Part shown: one piece after another, positions 1 through 14,100 of the stretch
Position numbering within the stretch: position 1 is the stretch's first letter
Layout of the letters: each line of letters begins with the position of its first letter
NCBI GenBank assembly: GCA_951406725.2
Contig: OX597825.1
Span: 52,700,001 to 52,764,000 of the forward strand
Length of the DNA stretch: 64,000 bases
From: Octopus vulgaris
Lineage: Eukaryota
Reading direction: 5' to 3'
The notes under the pieces: model-generated
What the model saw: the letters and a program-made list of their open reading frames with translations, nothing else
The model's database searches: none
What the model was told of the DNA's origin: nothing
Program-made: the position numbers and the translations under genes

Positions 1-956
1 CTTAACCATCAATTTCTCTTCCTTAGGAAACTATCGCCTTCCCAATTATCCATCCCTCAAAATCATTCTTACCAGCTCACATCACTTCTTTGTACTGCTA
101 ATCATAGCTTCTTCTCTTCATACCCAGGTCACTCCTTATCAACATCCATCACCCACTTACTCTGTCCCAACTATTTTAAGAACTATTCAACATTCACTCT
201 CACCTAGTATCCCTTTGTCCAAATTTAATGGTCAACTGGAATTGAGCTAATGACTGAAATAAGCCATCTACCACTAATACTGTTATCATTGTTATGATAC
301 TTTTACACCTACTACTTATACTGCTACTATTACACACACATTTCTCAGCTACATGGTTTAGGGTTCAGTTTCACTGCCTGGCATCAGTTTCACTGCGTTG
401 GCCTGAGTTTACCAGTGCTTTGATGTGAATTTGGAGGATGGATTGTATCGCTCCCATTACATCCAGCCATTATTGTCTCTCTCCCTTTACACTCTGCCAT
501 TTCTGTCTCTTCTATTATTATTTCAGCTCTGTCATCTCCTTTTCTCGCTCTTCTTATTCACTTCTATCCTCTGACTTTCCCTTCATACTCTCGTTTCTTT
601 CCCCGTTTCACTCTAGTTCTGCAATATCCTTCTCTTGTGATTACTCAATTAACCACAATGATCATAAACAGAGACAACATAGAGCAGTGAGGACTCTGAT
701 TATTTTGAAGGGTACAAGGTTACCTTGCTTGTGTATGTCCCACTGTAAAATATGATCAGTACTCACTACTTGGTATTATGTGGTTGGTGTTAAAAAAACT
801 TATGCAGTCATATAAAACATGGTAAATTGAAACGTATGAGTAAAAAGTGCTTCCCTGGTCTGTCTGAGAGGGCAGTAATTCTATATAAGAAATTATTTAA
901 ACCATGACAACTCAGCCAAACCATGCCTGCATTGGAAATTAGAGATAAAACGATGA

Positions 957-1001
<45 letters not shown>

Positions 1002-1004
<3 letters not shown>

Positions 1005-1133
1005 TGAGAGGGACTGTAATCAGTCAAACACCGACTGAGAATAACCTAAACTGACTGATCAGTTTCGATTATTTCCATAGCATCATCAGCAAGAACTGCT
1101 CACCCAGTTGATTCTGGGCTTAATTCTCTCTCA

Positions 1134-1136
<3 letters not shown>
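1002..1136 (-). mobile_element. Small element in (TA)n with short terminal inverted repeats and a degenerate hammerhead core
   Basis: Ends tgctgagag...ctctcagta, flanked by (TA)n. The minus strand reads CTGATGA-16 nt-GAAA-ctgatcag-TC with a palindromic stem III; stems I and II pair poorly. Confidence 0.4.
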
Positions 1137-1168
<32 letters not shown>

Positions 1169-1650
1169 CCATAAAAATTAATGGATGATATAGTGAATCG
1201 CTAATGTGTATACAAAAATTAATATAAAGCATGAACACACACATGCACATAGATGTGTGGTTAATAAGTTCGTTTCTCGGCCACATAGTTTGTGGCTCAG
1301 TCCTACTGTGTGGTATGTAGGGTGCAAATCATCTACCATTGGCCAGAGCTTACCAATACCTTGAGTGGGAATTTGGAAGATGGATGCTAGAAGTAGATTG
1401 TTGTATGTTTGCGTTCGAGCATTTGTTAACATTTGATCTCTATGAATGCTATGCACTATATATGACAAGTGTAATTATTATCACCTCTTTGTTAATAAAT
1501 CATCCACCTGCTTCATACTATGAGGCCCTGAAAGATGTGTGAAATAAAACACCCATTAATTGAAAAAGTGGGTTATGGTCAATGACAGGAAGGACATCTA
1601 GTTGTAAAACAATTCTTTAACATATTCATTTAACCCATGCTATCCTGGAA

Positions 1651-4600
1651 ATCTTTATACATAAATGGCAATTTCTGTCTGTCTATGCGTCTGTCTGTTA
1701 TCATCTTACTGCCCAAATCAGCTAACCAATCTTCGACAAACTTTGTATATATGTTGAACTAACATCCAGTTCAATTTTAGGCTAAATGGATTTCAATAAA
1801 AATTGATAATGGGCCGACTACGGGGGTTGGGCTAGCACATGATATATGAGAGAGGTGCAAATGTATAAACTTCAGGGAAATGCGGCATAATGAGGGTGGC
1901 CGATATCAGGGAAGGGACGGAGACAGGAAGGGATAGACACAAAAGGAATATGAGAGACAGAGAGAACGATAGATAGGGACAGAATGGGAGGCACAGAATT
2001 TTAATACTTAGATATTTCAATTCTTCCTTTCACTTATCACATAACTATTGTATGTTCAGTCAAAACTTTTACAACATATGTTAAACAAGTGAAAGGTAAA
2101 GTGTTTTATATTTGTTTTCAAATCACTGTATTAGGTTTTATTAAAACTTTATCAACATATTCAAGCAATAGACTATATATAATGGCTTTCCTTTTCTTCC
2201 ATAGACGAATAGCTCCTCGTCTTCCTAATATATATATATATATATAAGAGTTTGTATGTGTGTGTATGCGCATGCATATCTTCCTCATGCATTTGAAAAT
2301 TTTGACGTATGGCATATCAAAGGATTCAATAATCTTACGACTACCAAATAAACTTTATTTTCCTTTATATATTTGCATAAAAATTTTGCATTATAATCTT
2401 TTTCTATAAGTCAACTATCGTAAAATTTTATACCATGACGTCAACGATGACGACGTTACATTTTCTATGAGAGTGTGTAACTTAAAACACACCCATTTCT
2501 CTATGTTATAATGAAATATAGTTACCCACTCTCTCTCTCTCACACACACACATATGTACACGCACACATATATACAAAAAGATGTATGCATATGTATTTA
2601 TGTACGTGTATATGAAAGATGTGTGTGTGTGAGAGACAGAGTGACCGAGTGAGTTGCCGCTTACACATGCAAAAAAAAATACATACATGACAACACACAC
2701 CTTCACTCACTCACTCTCTCCTTCTCTCTCTGTTTCTCTCTCTCTCTCTATCTATCTATCTCTGTCATGCACACGTACACACACACGTCCATTTCATATA
2801 CACGTACATACATCTTTCACTTTCTGCTCTCACTTCAGAGCAAATGTCATCATTTCACTTTCAGCTCCCTTTCAATTTCTGCTCGCTTCAAAGCATAAAG
2901 CGATAAAAAAAATTATGGAAATTAACGAATACATTCGAAAACTGAGTTTCCAGTTTTCACATATGAGGTATCAAAAGATTCAGTAATCTTTCAGCTAAGA
3001 AATAAACTTTGTTTTCCTTAACATATTTGCATTACAAAAATTTAACATTATGATCTTTCTATATAATTCAATTATCCTTAACGACATTTTATACCAGGAC
3101 GACAATGTCATATTTTCTATATGAGTGTGTACCTTAAAACACATCCATTTTTCTATATTCTATATTCTATGAGGAAATACAGTCAGTCACTTTCTCTCCC
3201 AAATGTCTCACCAAAAAGATGTATGCATATGCATTTATGTACGTGCGTACGAAAGATGTGTGTGTGAGATAGAGAGATAGAGAGAAAGCGAGTGAGTCCC
3301 ACTTACATATACATGCAAAAAAGTAAATATATGACAATACACATCTTCACTCACTCTCTCTCCCTCTCACGCATACATGCACAAACACACACACACGTTC
3401 ATTTTATATACAAGTACATACATCTTTCACTTTCTCCTCTCCCTTCAGAGCAAATGTTGCCTTTTCACTTTCTCCTCTCTTTCAATTTCTGCTCTCTTCA
3501 AAGCATAAAGAAATAAAATATTTTCACAGAAATTATCGAACAATCATATGATCCCATATGATCGAGTATATGATCTAGTAGTCAACTTTTCTGCTTCAAA
3601 TAGAAGAATGCCATAAAATAACTTCTGGCACACACACACATTCATGGTAAAACTTCTTTATGAATTATGTTATTTCTTGCTATGTACACGTGCAAAATTT
3701 CAGCTCAAATCCAATTGAAATCACTTTTTTCTATTCTGTAATTTGTGTTTGCGATGAGTGTATTTATAAACTTGATCTTCGGTATACATTTAAAAGGAAG
3801 TTCTCCCAGAAAACTTGTCCTTTACCTGTTGTTTCTAGCATGTCCGAGGTAATACTTGCGCCCCCTGATATTTTTCCTAAATTTCTTCCAATTGTTTTCA
3901 ATACAGGAGATTAGGATTTCGGCCGCAAAACACATTCTCAATATTTTAATTTTCTCCCTCTCCATCCCAATTTCTTCCTCTTTTACTTTTTTCTAATTTT
4001 TTTCTTGGTAATACATGGAGAAAAAACAGAGTACGAATCTTTAAGAATTTTCACCGTTATTTATTCTTAAAGAATCACTAAAATCTCATTCCCAAACATC
4101 CACCTATTACCTCACCAATTTCAAAATGCCACAAATTATCAATGTTTCACTTTTAGCTTTTTGGAAACCAGGCAAGTTTCTTCAGAAATAATGTCGTTTA
4201 CCTGTCGTTTCTAGCATGTCTTATTTTCTGGTGATGCTCTATATTTTACAATTCTACACATGCGTGAAGCATCAACAGAGAGTGAAACATTGGGTGTTTT
4301 TTAGCTTTTTGAAAACAGGTAGGTGATGGGTGGCGAAGTGGGGGAAGGGGCACTGAGTGTTTCTTTAAGAAAAATAAAACTTTGAAAAAAATATATATAT
4401 TTCCCACATTCGTAATCTCCGCATTTTTCTACATGGATAGGAAAAAAAAATTCGTTAAAAAGTTTCAAATTAAGTAATTGCAATGGGGACGAGGAAAATC
4501 AAAATTTTGAAAACGTCATTTCTGGGCAAAATCATATTAAACACCCTTTTTATTAACCCCCTTTTATACTATGAAACGGAGCTTAGTTTGTGATCTTTCA

Positions 4601-4808
4601 TGCAAATCCATGCAAAGCACTTTCCTGCAAATCCATGCAAACTGTACCCTCCCCCGCCTTCATTTTAAACAAACAATAACTTCCATTATACCAGTAATCC
4701 AATTCATTATATATCCGCAGTACTGATTCTGCCCATAAGAAAGGAACAAATAATACAATATGACTGGAGTTCATAACATTTAGGCAACGCCGGGATGCAT
4801 TGCTTGTA
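1651..4808 (+). mobile_element. Large non-autonomous Helentron/HINE-like element (composite)
   Basis: 5' end atctttatacataaa...ctgtctgtct and 3' end ggcaacgccggg...gcttgta match the terminal pattern of the 22095-22609 element. It contains an internal diverged direct duplication. Confidence 0.5.
2310..3540 (+). repeat. Diverged ~650-bp direct duplication (approx. 2310-2940 vs 2960-3540)
   Basis: Shared blocks: tatcaaaggattcaataatctt / tatcaaaagattcagtaatctt, aaaaagatgtatgcatatg, tacatctttcactt, cttcaaagcataaag. Confidence 0.75.
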
Positions 4809-4870
4809 TAGGTATAAAATAATTATATTATTTTTGAGATGACTGATGAGAGGCACATGATATATGTATT

Positions 4871-5385
4871 ACTAGCAGTATCGCCCGGCGTTGCTCGGTT
4901 TGCAAGGGAAATAACTATATAAGCATTTTTAGAGAGTTACTTCCCTTATAGATGCCAATTCGGGCTTTCTTAGCCATTTCTGTTTTGGTGTCTTCAAGCC
5001 ATGAAGTCGTTGTTCTAAAAGAACGCTGGTCTCCTTGACAACGCTTTACGACGTTGATTTCCTTACACTCCCTTCCCCACAGCTTCACGGGGGAGGGAAG
5101 AAGGGGGAGAAGCAAACAGGTGCAGCTGTGAGCGTGGACGCCAACTCCGCCGCTATCGACACACGAAAAATTATGCATTAAAATGGAATAAAAAATGATG
5201 TTAAATTATTTTTAAAATCGTAGACTCATCGTAGACGCGCGCTAATGCTCAGACGGGCTCGATATGAATCACGACTATAAGATACCCTGAATTTGGTTAA
5301 ACTGCACCGCAAAATGTGGGAGTAGTTAGGAATCTAAATCGAAGGGGACAGACACTCACACAACTACAGTTTTATATATATAGAT
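4871..5385 (-). mobile_element. Helentron/HINE-like non-autonomous element, copy 1
   Basis: Reads actagcagtatcgcccggcgttgctcgg...tatatatagat and is a near-identical reverse complement of 22095-22609. It sits between two T residues without an obvious TSD. Confidence 0.75.
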
Positions 5386-5841
5386 TACTTCCAACTTAAC
5401 GAAGACGGAGGTATTTTTTCCAGTTGTGGTTGTTTGACATGGATAATATATCTCAAGAACCGCTCGATGGATTCAAATGAAACTTTGAGGGATGTTTGGC
5501 CTTGTGACTGGCATAAACGTATTAGATTTTGGGATCGATCCGGTACCGGACAAGGATTCTGGATTATTTTCTTGTATTTTCTTTACATGTACACATAAAG
5601 TTTCACATAGTTCTCTTGTACACACACACACACGCATACACGCAGGCACGCACGCACACAAACATACCTCACTTTTACACACATATATACTCACACTTCA
5701 AACGTAGTTTATCGGCTTTTTCACCCCTTCCTTCATTACTCATCTATCACCCCTTCCTTTCTCATTCATACGATGTTCTCTTCGCCATTTATTTCCCCTA
5801 TCTTCATCTCTCACTGCAGCTCTGTTTTGTGTATATACACA

Positions 5842-5873
<32 letters not shown>

Positions 5874-6052
5874 TGTAAAGACAAAGCTCATTATTATACT
5901 AGGAGATTATACATACATTTTAACTTTTCAGTACACTTACATATATACATAATTCTATACTTCGATCTAAAACAATAGGATTACTAAGACCAGAATTTAA
6001 GAGAAGAGAAAACCAAAAGGTCTCAAGATATTCATTGAAGGATTTTATTTCA

Positions 6053-7156
6053 GACTAGGAGGATAGCCCGGCTTTGCTCAGGATTAAGTTAGGATTATTA
6101 AGCTAATCAAGCTTTTTATTTCAAAGCAAACTAAGTAACATCAACGTCAAATTTGAGTGAAATTCGTTGAAATTGCAAACATTTAGCTGAAATTTTGCAG
6201 ACAATTTGATTGGGAAATTCCATTTGGAATCGGTTTATCGATTTTTTCCACTCACCGATTGCTTTTTTTTTTCGTTTTTGGAGAACTTCAAAGATCCCAT
6301 GAGCCCTAAGTAATGCTGGCATCAAGTTTAAACAAAATACATCAAAATTGGTAGACGTTATGGTTGAAAAGAGTCGGATCTCTCCTTTCGAAAACATGGA
6401 CAGTTTCGAAATATTGTCTACAAAATGCAAATTTGTAAACAACCAGACGTAAGTTTTGTAAGTGGAATAGAGAGGCCTACTCCCATAGAGATGTGAGAGT
6501 CAGATCTCTCCTTTCGAAAACATGAACAGTTTCGAAATATTGTCTACAAAATGCAAATTTGTAAACAACCAGACGTAAGTTTTGTAAGTGGAATAGAGAG
6601 GCCTACTCCCATAGAGATGTGAGAGTCGGATCTCTCCTTTCGAAAACATGGACAGTTTCGAAATATTGTCTACAAAATGCAAATTTGTAAACAACCAGAC
6701 GTAAGTTTTGTAAGTGGAATAGAGAGGCCTACTCCCACAGAGATGTGAGAGTCAGATCTCTCCTTTCGAAAACATGAACAGTTTCGAAACATTGTTTACA
6801 AAATAATAGCTGATCGTTTGCGAAGGAGTGTGTCTACAGTCAACACGTAGGTCTTTTGCTCCGGTAACCTCTGCTCTCTCCCTGTTCCCGCACGACCAGC
6901 TATATATCGCTATGAGTAGAGCAATGGATTCAGCTAATTTGGAAATTAGTTGTTGAAAAACGGAAAATATCGTTATATTGTGTGTATATATATATACAGG
7001 CAACACACACACTGCATACATGTGTTTTGTACGCATACATGCTCGTGTGTGTGTGTGTGACTGAAGCCATTCACACATACATACATTCATAGCAACACCT
7101 GTCTGTCTGGTTTTGCCTGTCAATCAATCAGTAAAAAGACGAAATTTTAAAAATCT

Positions 7157-7228
<72 letters not shown>

Positions 7229-7501
7229 CCTCCCTTAACACCGTCACTTGAAGGGGACTTAACTATGTTTGTAAACAATGGTGGATTTCTCCGCCATGAA
7301 AATTGTTAAGTTATGGTCGAAAATTTATTTTTACTGCTATTCGCTGGTGCCTTGGGGTAAAATAATTTGAAGAAAATACAGCTAAGATCGTGACGAATTT
7401 CCTCCTAAAATTGGAGTGACATGCGTGCTAATTTGTGGACGTGCATAAATAACATTCACGTACACACACACATATCCTGCCTTTTATATATATATACAGA
7501 T
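6053..7501 (-). mobile_element. Nested Helentron/HINE-like element with an internal minisatellite
   Basis: Begins actagg...cccggctttgctcagg, similar to the 4871 terminus, and ends cttttatatatatatacagat. Confidence 0.55.
6371..6805 (+). repeat. 126-bp tandem repeat, about 3.4 copies, with alternating A/B variants
   Basis: Units start at 6371, 6497, 6623 and 6749. gtcgga/atggac alternates with gtcaga/atgaac. Confidence 0.95.
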
Positions 7502-10500
7502 ATTCTCATTTTAAAAATCATCTCCGGTTAATCGTTGAGAGGACATTGGTCTTGCGTTGGTGGAGGTTTGCACTCTCTACGTGCTCTTGTTACATTATGA
7601 ATTCATTATATTTATATCTTTTTAATATCGATATTTATGTTCTTAAAATGCTTTTTCAATGTTGTATTTAAATAATTGTAACTTCAGAACTAAACTGATA
7701 CCATAACCTTCAGTCGTTGTTGAGGGTGTGTATGTGTGTGTGTAAAAGTTTTACTCCAGTTTTTTCTTTTGAATTATATACTGTTAATTTGTGTTAATGA
7801 TCATTTTGATTTCATTTCACATGACCAAGAACTGAAGTTTTAGACAAGATTTTTTTTTTCTGTTTTCTTAAGAGATTCTTCACAACATAAAATATCGATC
7901 CACTTTCATCTTTGATCTCTTTCAAATGTACCATCGTCAAATTCACCAAATCTAACTTTGAATCTTGCTAGATCCTTCATAACTTGGTAAATGTCTTTTA
8001 CAAAGCTCATGTAACATGACAGTTGTATATTACTGATATTTAATTGATTTTGAAGGAAAATATTCAGTCCTGGGTTAATTTGAATGTACAACATCTAGTC
8101 AAAATAAAAGTGTAATGAATTTTGTTTTACACATTGTAGCATAAACTTATGTTAAATAACAGAAATATTGATTTTGTAAGAGGTTAAGCTTGACATTGAC
8201 ACAGAGGAAGAAATAATATGGAATGCCATTCATATCTCTTTCTCTGGAATATTGACAATATTACATTTTTCTGGTTATAAACCTATAAACTTTGTGTTTT
8301 GGAAATGCAATACGTAATTAATATCTATTTATTTACTTATTATCTACATTTCAACCAGTTTAATCTCCAGTCACCCTCAGGTGTCTTATTACTAGCTGTG
8401 TACACAGTACCAGACTGGAGTTGAACTATAAACCTGTAATTTTAAAGGAAGGATTGCAACACTCTTGTTCACAAGGCTACTGACATGCTGAATTCAAATA
8501 GTTGTATGTTAAGTTGGTTGTAATCACAGTTCACTAGAAACTTTGCAATATTTTAGCCTACATCAAATGTAGTGCTTACATTGTGATGTAGGTTGATATT
8601 AAACACCCTGTTCATTTAAGTAAAGATTAGTGTAGCTTACATTAACACATGGTTTTTACATAATTACAAAGGCTAAAATATTTACATAAATAAACAGATT
8701 GCATTTTACTTCTGTATGTTGCCAATTGATGAGAGAGAGAGAGAGAGAGATGAGCTCTGCATAACAGCTGATGCCTCTATAGCACAAATGTGCACCATGT
8801 AATGCCATTGCTTCTGTATCTGTGATAAAGCAGTTACTAAACACACATACAGACATCATGGGTCATATGAGAGGAAACAAGAAAATCCAACCCACTATTA
8901 AACAACCACCCAGCTATTCTGTTACTGACACACACCAATCTTCACCTATCTGTTCTACCACTAGTACAATGACCACTGCTCCTCTGAACTAGAAAGTAAC
9001 ATACCATTGCTGCCAAAGTCAGTTGCACACACATCTCTGCTCTATTTCATCATCTTTATTGTATTTCATAGAACCTCAATTCTCTGAAATTCTTTACTGC
9101 TTGTGATTTCATTACAGAATTACAAGCTGAACAGTTACCACATTACATGCACCAGCCTGGCAGGGATAGGTCTACAAGACCTACAAACACTATTTGGTAA
9201 AATCACCTTTGACATATTGCTTGTACTCAGTATATTAACATTGACATAAAACTTTTTACACTGACAATATTCAAATTCAATAATTCTTTGGTTAAATATA
9301 TTCTTACATACTCTATATCTCTGAATAACTCTTCTCACCACAGTGGCCTTTCACTCCCTAAATCAGTACTTTTAAATATAGATACCAAGATTAAATATTC
9401 AATTTCTTTAAAGTATTCTAATTTCTTTCATATTCCAATAATTTGTAGAAATAACAAAACAATTTCATACTTTAACTTCTCATTTTTACTTCAATCAACT
9501 TTTTAGAATGTTTTTATTTTAATTTTTGTTTTATTTAAGATGGTTTTATATAAATTTTTATCATGTTTTGTTTCTTCATTTCTTTCCTGTAATGAAATTA
9601 AAATGATTGTATCTCCCAATCGTTTTTTACGCTTGCTTTCATCTATAAACCTTTCACTTGTCGAATTTGTTTAATTTTCAAAATTAAAATCTCAAGACTT
9701 TTTCAATTGTTCTTCCTACTTTAAGGCATAAATCAACATTGTTTCAAGCAAAAAAAAAAAAAAGAAAAGAAATGTATATATATATATATGAAGATGAGTT
9801 AAGTTGGCTTTCATTTGAAAATACCAATTACAAAATTGAGAGTATTTGCACTGTGTTAGGTAGGATCAGAGTTAATTTTATTTCACAAATGACATATCTT
9901 TGGAGACCAATTAAATAAGAAAACAAACCATTTATATTTGTTTTCTTGGAACTCAATAACATTTAAATGAATCTTCTTCACTGAGGTTGTTCTATCATTG
10001 CTAATCTACAATAATACTGTTGTTGTTCTACTTTATCATATTATTCTTATGACAAATGATTTCTCAGTCAGAGAAAAGAAAAAAGAAAAAGGAAAAAACA
10101 CAAATGAAAAGAAAAAATGAAAAATATTTGGTTCGTCATTTTTCTCTTGGAATGTATCTTTGATATTTTGTGGCTGACTGGATTAAGCAATGATATTGGT
10201 TCATTTGATAACATTTAGTATTTCTGGCTGATCTGTTTATAATAAACAGTAAATTAGGTGATAATTAATGTGTGAGTATGAGCATCATCACCATCATCAC
10301 CACCATCATCATCTTCTTCATTGTCATCAGTATTATCTCTGTTTCTCTACGCTAGCACCATGCCAACACATATCCCCTTAGCATTTTATTTTGTCAGCAA
10401 GGATGGTAAGAACAAGGATGGTAATATCATCACTTCTACCCACATATTCCACTTTTTTGGTGCTTCTTAACTTCTCAACAAAACATATTTCTTGACATTT

Positions 10501-11569
10501 CTACCCGAGATCAATAACCAAAGTAATAGTTATCTCCCATGTATTCAACAGACTAGTCATCACCCACTCCACTCACATACCTTTCAACTTTAACGTAGGT
10601 TACATATCTAACAAGTCATACCTAACCCACTTATGCTCAACCTTCAGACCTGGTACATGCAATGTATCCATGTCTCACAACCATGTAGCGTCACAGAATC
10701 TACCTTTTGAAGAAAAAATGGAAATCTTTTGTTGTCAACAGGTAATGATTATCTCAGTGTTTTAGAGCAGATACATACCGTAGTTGTTGTCACAGAACTT
10801 AGCATTTCCCTTTCCTTTTGTAGAGGTTTACAATGAACATGTCTACAAATACTGGTGGAAATGTCCTTCTGGTACCAGACTGAGTGAAAGACCTCTTATA
10901 AATTTGGTTGGAATGGTCACAGGTTCATGAGGCCTACCACTAAGCAAAACACATATGACCTTCAAAACCACATTTTCAGTAGCAAGATCAGCAAATAACT
11001 TAACCCTACTCGAAGGGGAGGTGAGGGGAGCACTTCAGAACATCATGGAGGCAATCTGTCTATCTGTCAAGGATCTCTAAGCAGCCTGTTATGCAAATCA
11101 ATCTGTACTCAGCAACAGAGATGAGTCAGAGATCCAATGAGCTTTGGGTAGCCGTTAATGCATTATAGGAACATCCTGAAGAATCCTTGTCTATGCAGGA
11201 CTGAATCTCACCAGAACTTCTCTCTTTGTTTGAACAGTCCTTCCTCCTGTCATCATGAAGGCATAGATCTAGACTTGGAATAAGTTGTCATTCTGTAAGA
11301 TAGAAATTCTAGTATCATGGTATTACCATTGTTAAACTAGTCTTGATGGTTTTACATTAAGGAGTGAAGGCATTTCAGTGATATTTGATAGAATATGTAT
11401 ATGCGAAGCAGCCCACTCCTCTTTTACAAAAATAAAAGAGAAGTTAAAGTTTTCAAGTCCTGTCTCCAAGACATTATTGAGATTCTCATTGACAGGCATA
11501 GAAGGTAACCTGGAGACGTCCACCCTTCTGGTTAACTTTCTTACTTTGGGGTGATCGCATGTGCAAATA

Positions 11570-12250
11570 TTAAACAATGGTAGTCACTTCATCTGGCAAC
11601 AACACAAGGCCTTGTCACCCACAATCATGGTGAAGAATCAGACTGACCATTAACAGGCTCACATATCTTGGCAACACTCTCAAAGAATCATAAACATCCA
11701 CATTGAAATCAACAGCAGAGTTACCATCACCAATCTTAGAAGACAATGTAAGAATGTCTGAGAAAAGAATGGTCTAAGTCTCCACATGAAGCTGAAGTTC
11801 TACAGAGCCATTGTTCTGTCAACTCAAAAGTATTCCTATGGGACTTGGACGGTTTACAGCAAGGATTGTAAGAAGTATAAAGAATTTCAAATGAACCATT
11901 CATGTAGAATTCATCACGAGAAGGTCACAGATACAAAGGTCTTCAATTGTTCAGTGTTGCAAAGTTTTCACTATTTCATATATGAAACCAGCTGCATTGG
12001 AATGGTCACCTTTCCAGAATGAATGATGAGCAATTTCCAAAATATATTTTGTATATTGATTTAATAAAAGGTAACACTTAGTTGGTGGACTTTACATATG
12101 CTACTGGTACACTCTCAAAGTTTCCTTCAAGATTTCAAAATAAATCTAGTGTTGTGGAGAAGTCCCTGATACACTATTGTTCACATCAATGGATGAATAC
12201 CAATATGGTCAGTCTACTTACTATAAAGAATAGCAAACAAATAGCCAGAA
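11570..12250 (+). mobile_element. Old, decayed RTE-clade LINE fragment (RT C-terminal region)
   Basis: Translates to TYLGNTL and KLKFYRAIVLST...YGTWTVY, resembling the RTE pattern KLKVYRAVVLxTLLYxxETWT. Many stops and frameshifts. Confidence 0.65.
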
Positions 12251-12725
12251 AATAAGACACTACATCATCAAAGAAGCACATATTAGATAATGTAGTCCTA
12301 TACAAAACAATGAGACATCAATAAAAGCAGGATAGTCATTGCTGGAGTGCCTTTGATTATAAGTAAGTTGAATCAGAGCAACAACAAAAGTAACTTGATT
12401 AATGAAAATAATCAAGCAGTCATATAGATAATTCTTAAGTATACAATAATCATTCAGTCAGTGCTGTGTTGTGTGAAAACGTTAAGACAACAATATTGAA
12501 ACTACGCATCAACCATTTACTAGAATAACATCGCAGAGATAAAACAAATCAAAATTACAATATTTTTTTTATAAATGAAGACATTTCCATCTCTTAAGTT
12601 TTCAAAAGAAGCTACCAAAATAAGGAATATAGCACAAAGTAGATAGGGTGCAAGAATGAGCATGTGCACATATATATATATATATATATCTATCTATCTA
12701 TCTATATATATATATATATATATAT

Positions 12726-14100
12726 ATTTCAACAATTGAGGGTAAAATTAATTAATTATTAATCAATTTCACCAAGTGTTCAGTATGCAAAGGGACCATT
12801 TAAGGCGAATTCAAATTATTACAATATATAAAAGGGCTTAGTAAAATAAATTACTTTGCCGCATACTGAACTCATTAGAAATAGCAGCTAAAAAACTTTT
12901 TTAAAAAACCATTTCTAATACTTAAAGAAAATCTCTCTCATATAGTGCTTGCTTAACTCAACTCACGAAAGTTTGGGGGTAAAGACATCAAAAAATCAAA
13001 TGCAAAGGTTATTTGAGAACGTACGTTTCAAGATTAGTCAACACGACACTTCTATCATCAGCTCAGAAACTCCTTGGTTTGGATTTGAAAACACTGAAAG
13101 TGAGAGCATACTCTTTCCGCTTCTCATCGCTTTCGAAGATCTGCTCATAACTAACAGTGCCAACAAACCCAAACATGCAAGCGAAGAATTTCTGTTCTCC
13201 CCTTTCCACCAGCGTGGGTTAAAATCAGCAAACACTCTGCTTATTTCGGTAAAATTCGAAGCATTAATTAGAGGGAGATTAATTATAATTTCAACAATTG
13301 AGGGTAAAATTAATTAATTATTAATCAATTTCACCAAGTGTTCAGTATGCAAAGGGACCATTTAAGGCGAATTCAAATTATTACAATATATAAAAGGGCT
13401 TAGTAAAATAAATTACTTTGCCGCATACTGAACTCATTAGAAATAGCAGCTAAAAAACTTTTTTAAAAAACCATTTCTAATACTTAAAGAAAATCTCTCT
13501 CATATAGTGCTTGCTTAACTCAACTCACGAAAGTTTGGGGGTAAAGACATCAAAAAATCAAATGCAAAGGTTATTTGAGAACGTACGTTTCAAGATTAGT
13601 CAACACGACACTTCTATCATCAGCTCAGAAACTCCTTGGTTTGGATTTGAAAACACTGAAAGTGAGAGCATACTCTTTCCGCTTCTCATCGCTTTCGAAG
13701 ATCTGCTCATAACTAACAGTGCCAACAAACCCAAACATGCAAGCGAAGAATTTCTGTTCTCCCCTTTCCACCAGCGTGGGTTAAAATCAGCAAACACTCT
13801 GCTTATTTCGGTAAAATCCGAAGCATTAAGTAGAGGGAGATTAATTATAATTTCAACAATTGAGGGTAAAATTAATTAATTATTAATCAATTTCACCAAG
13901 TGTTCAGTATGCAAAGGGACCATTTAAGGCGAATTCAAATTATTACAATATATAAAAGGGCTTAGTAAAATAAATTACTTTGCCGCATACTGAACTCATT
14001 AGAAATAGCAGCTAAAAAACTTTTTTAAAAAAGTTTTTTAGCTGCTATTTCTAATGAGTTCAGTATGCGGCAAAGTAATTTATTTTACTAAGCCCTTTTA

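Larger units (their letters stand above)
5386..7591 (+). mobile_element. Helentron-like element (tacttcc...ggagg / ggtggaggtttgcactct...cttgtt family), interrupted by a nested element
   Basis: Subterminal motifs tacttcc-N-ggagg at the 5' end and ggtggaggtttgcactctctacgtgctcttgtt at the 3' end are typical of HINE-like termini. Confidence 0.5.

Noticed and set aside
12876-12888. TAGAAATAGCA resembles the synthetic Cas9 sgRNA scaffold
   Set aside because: Only an 11-nt coincidence; the flanking sequence does not match the scaffold.
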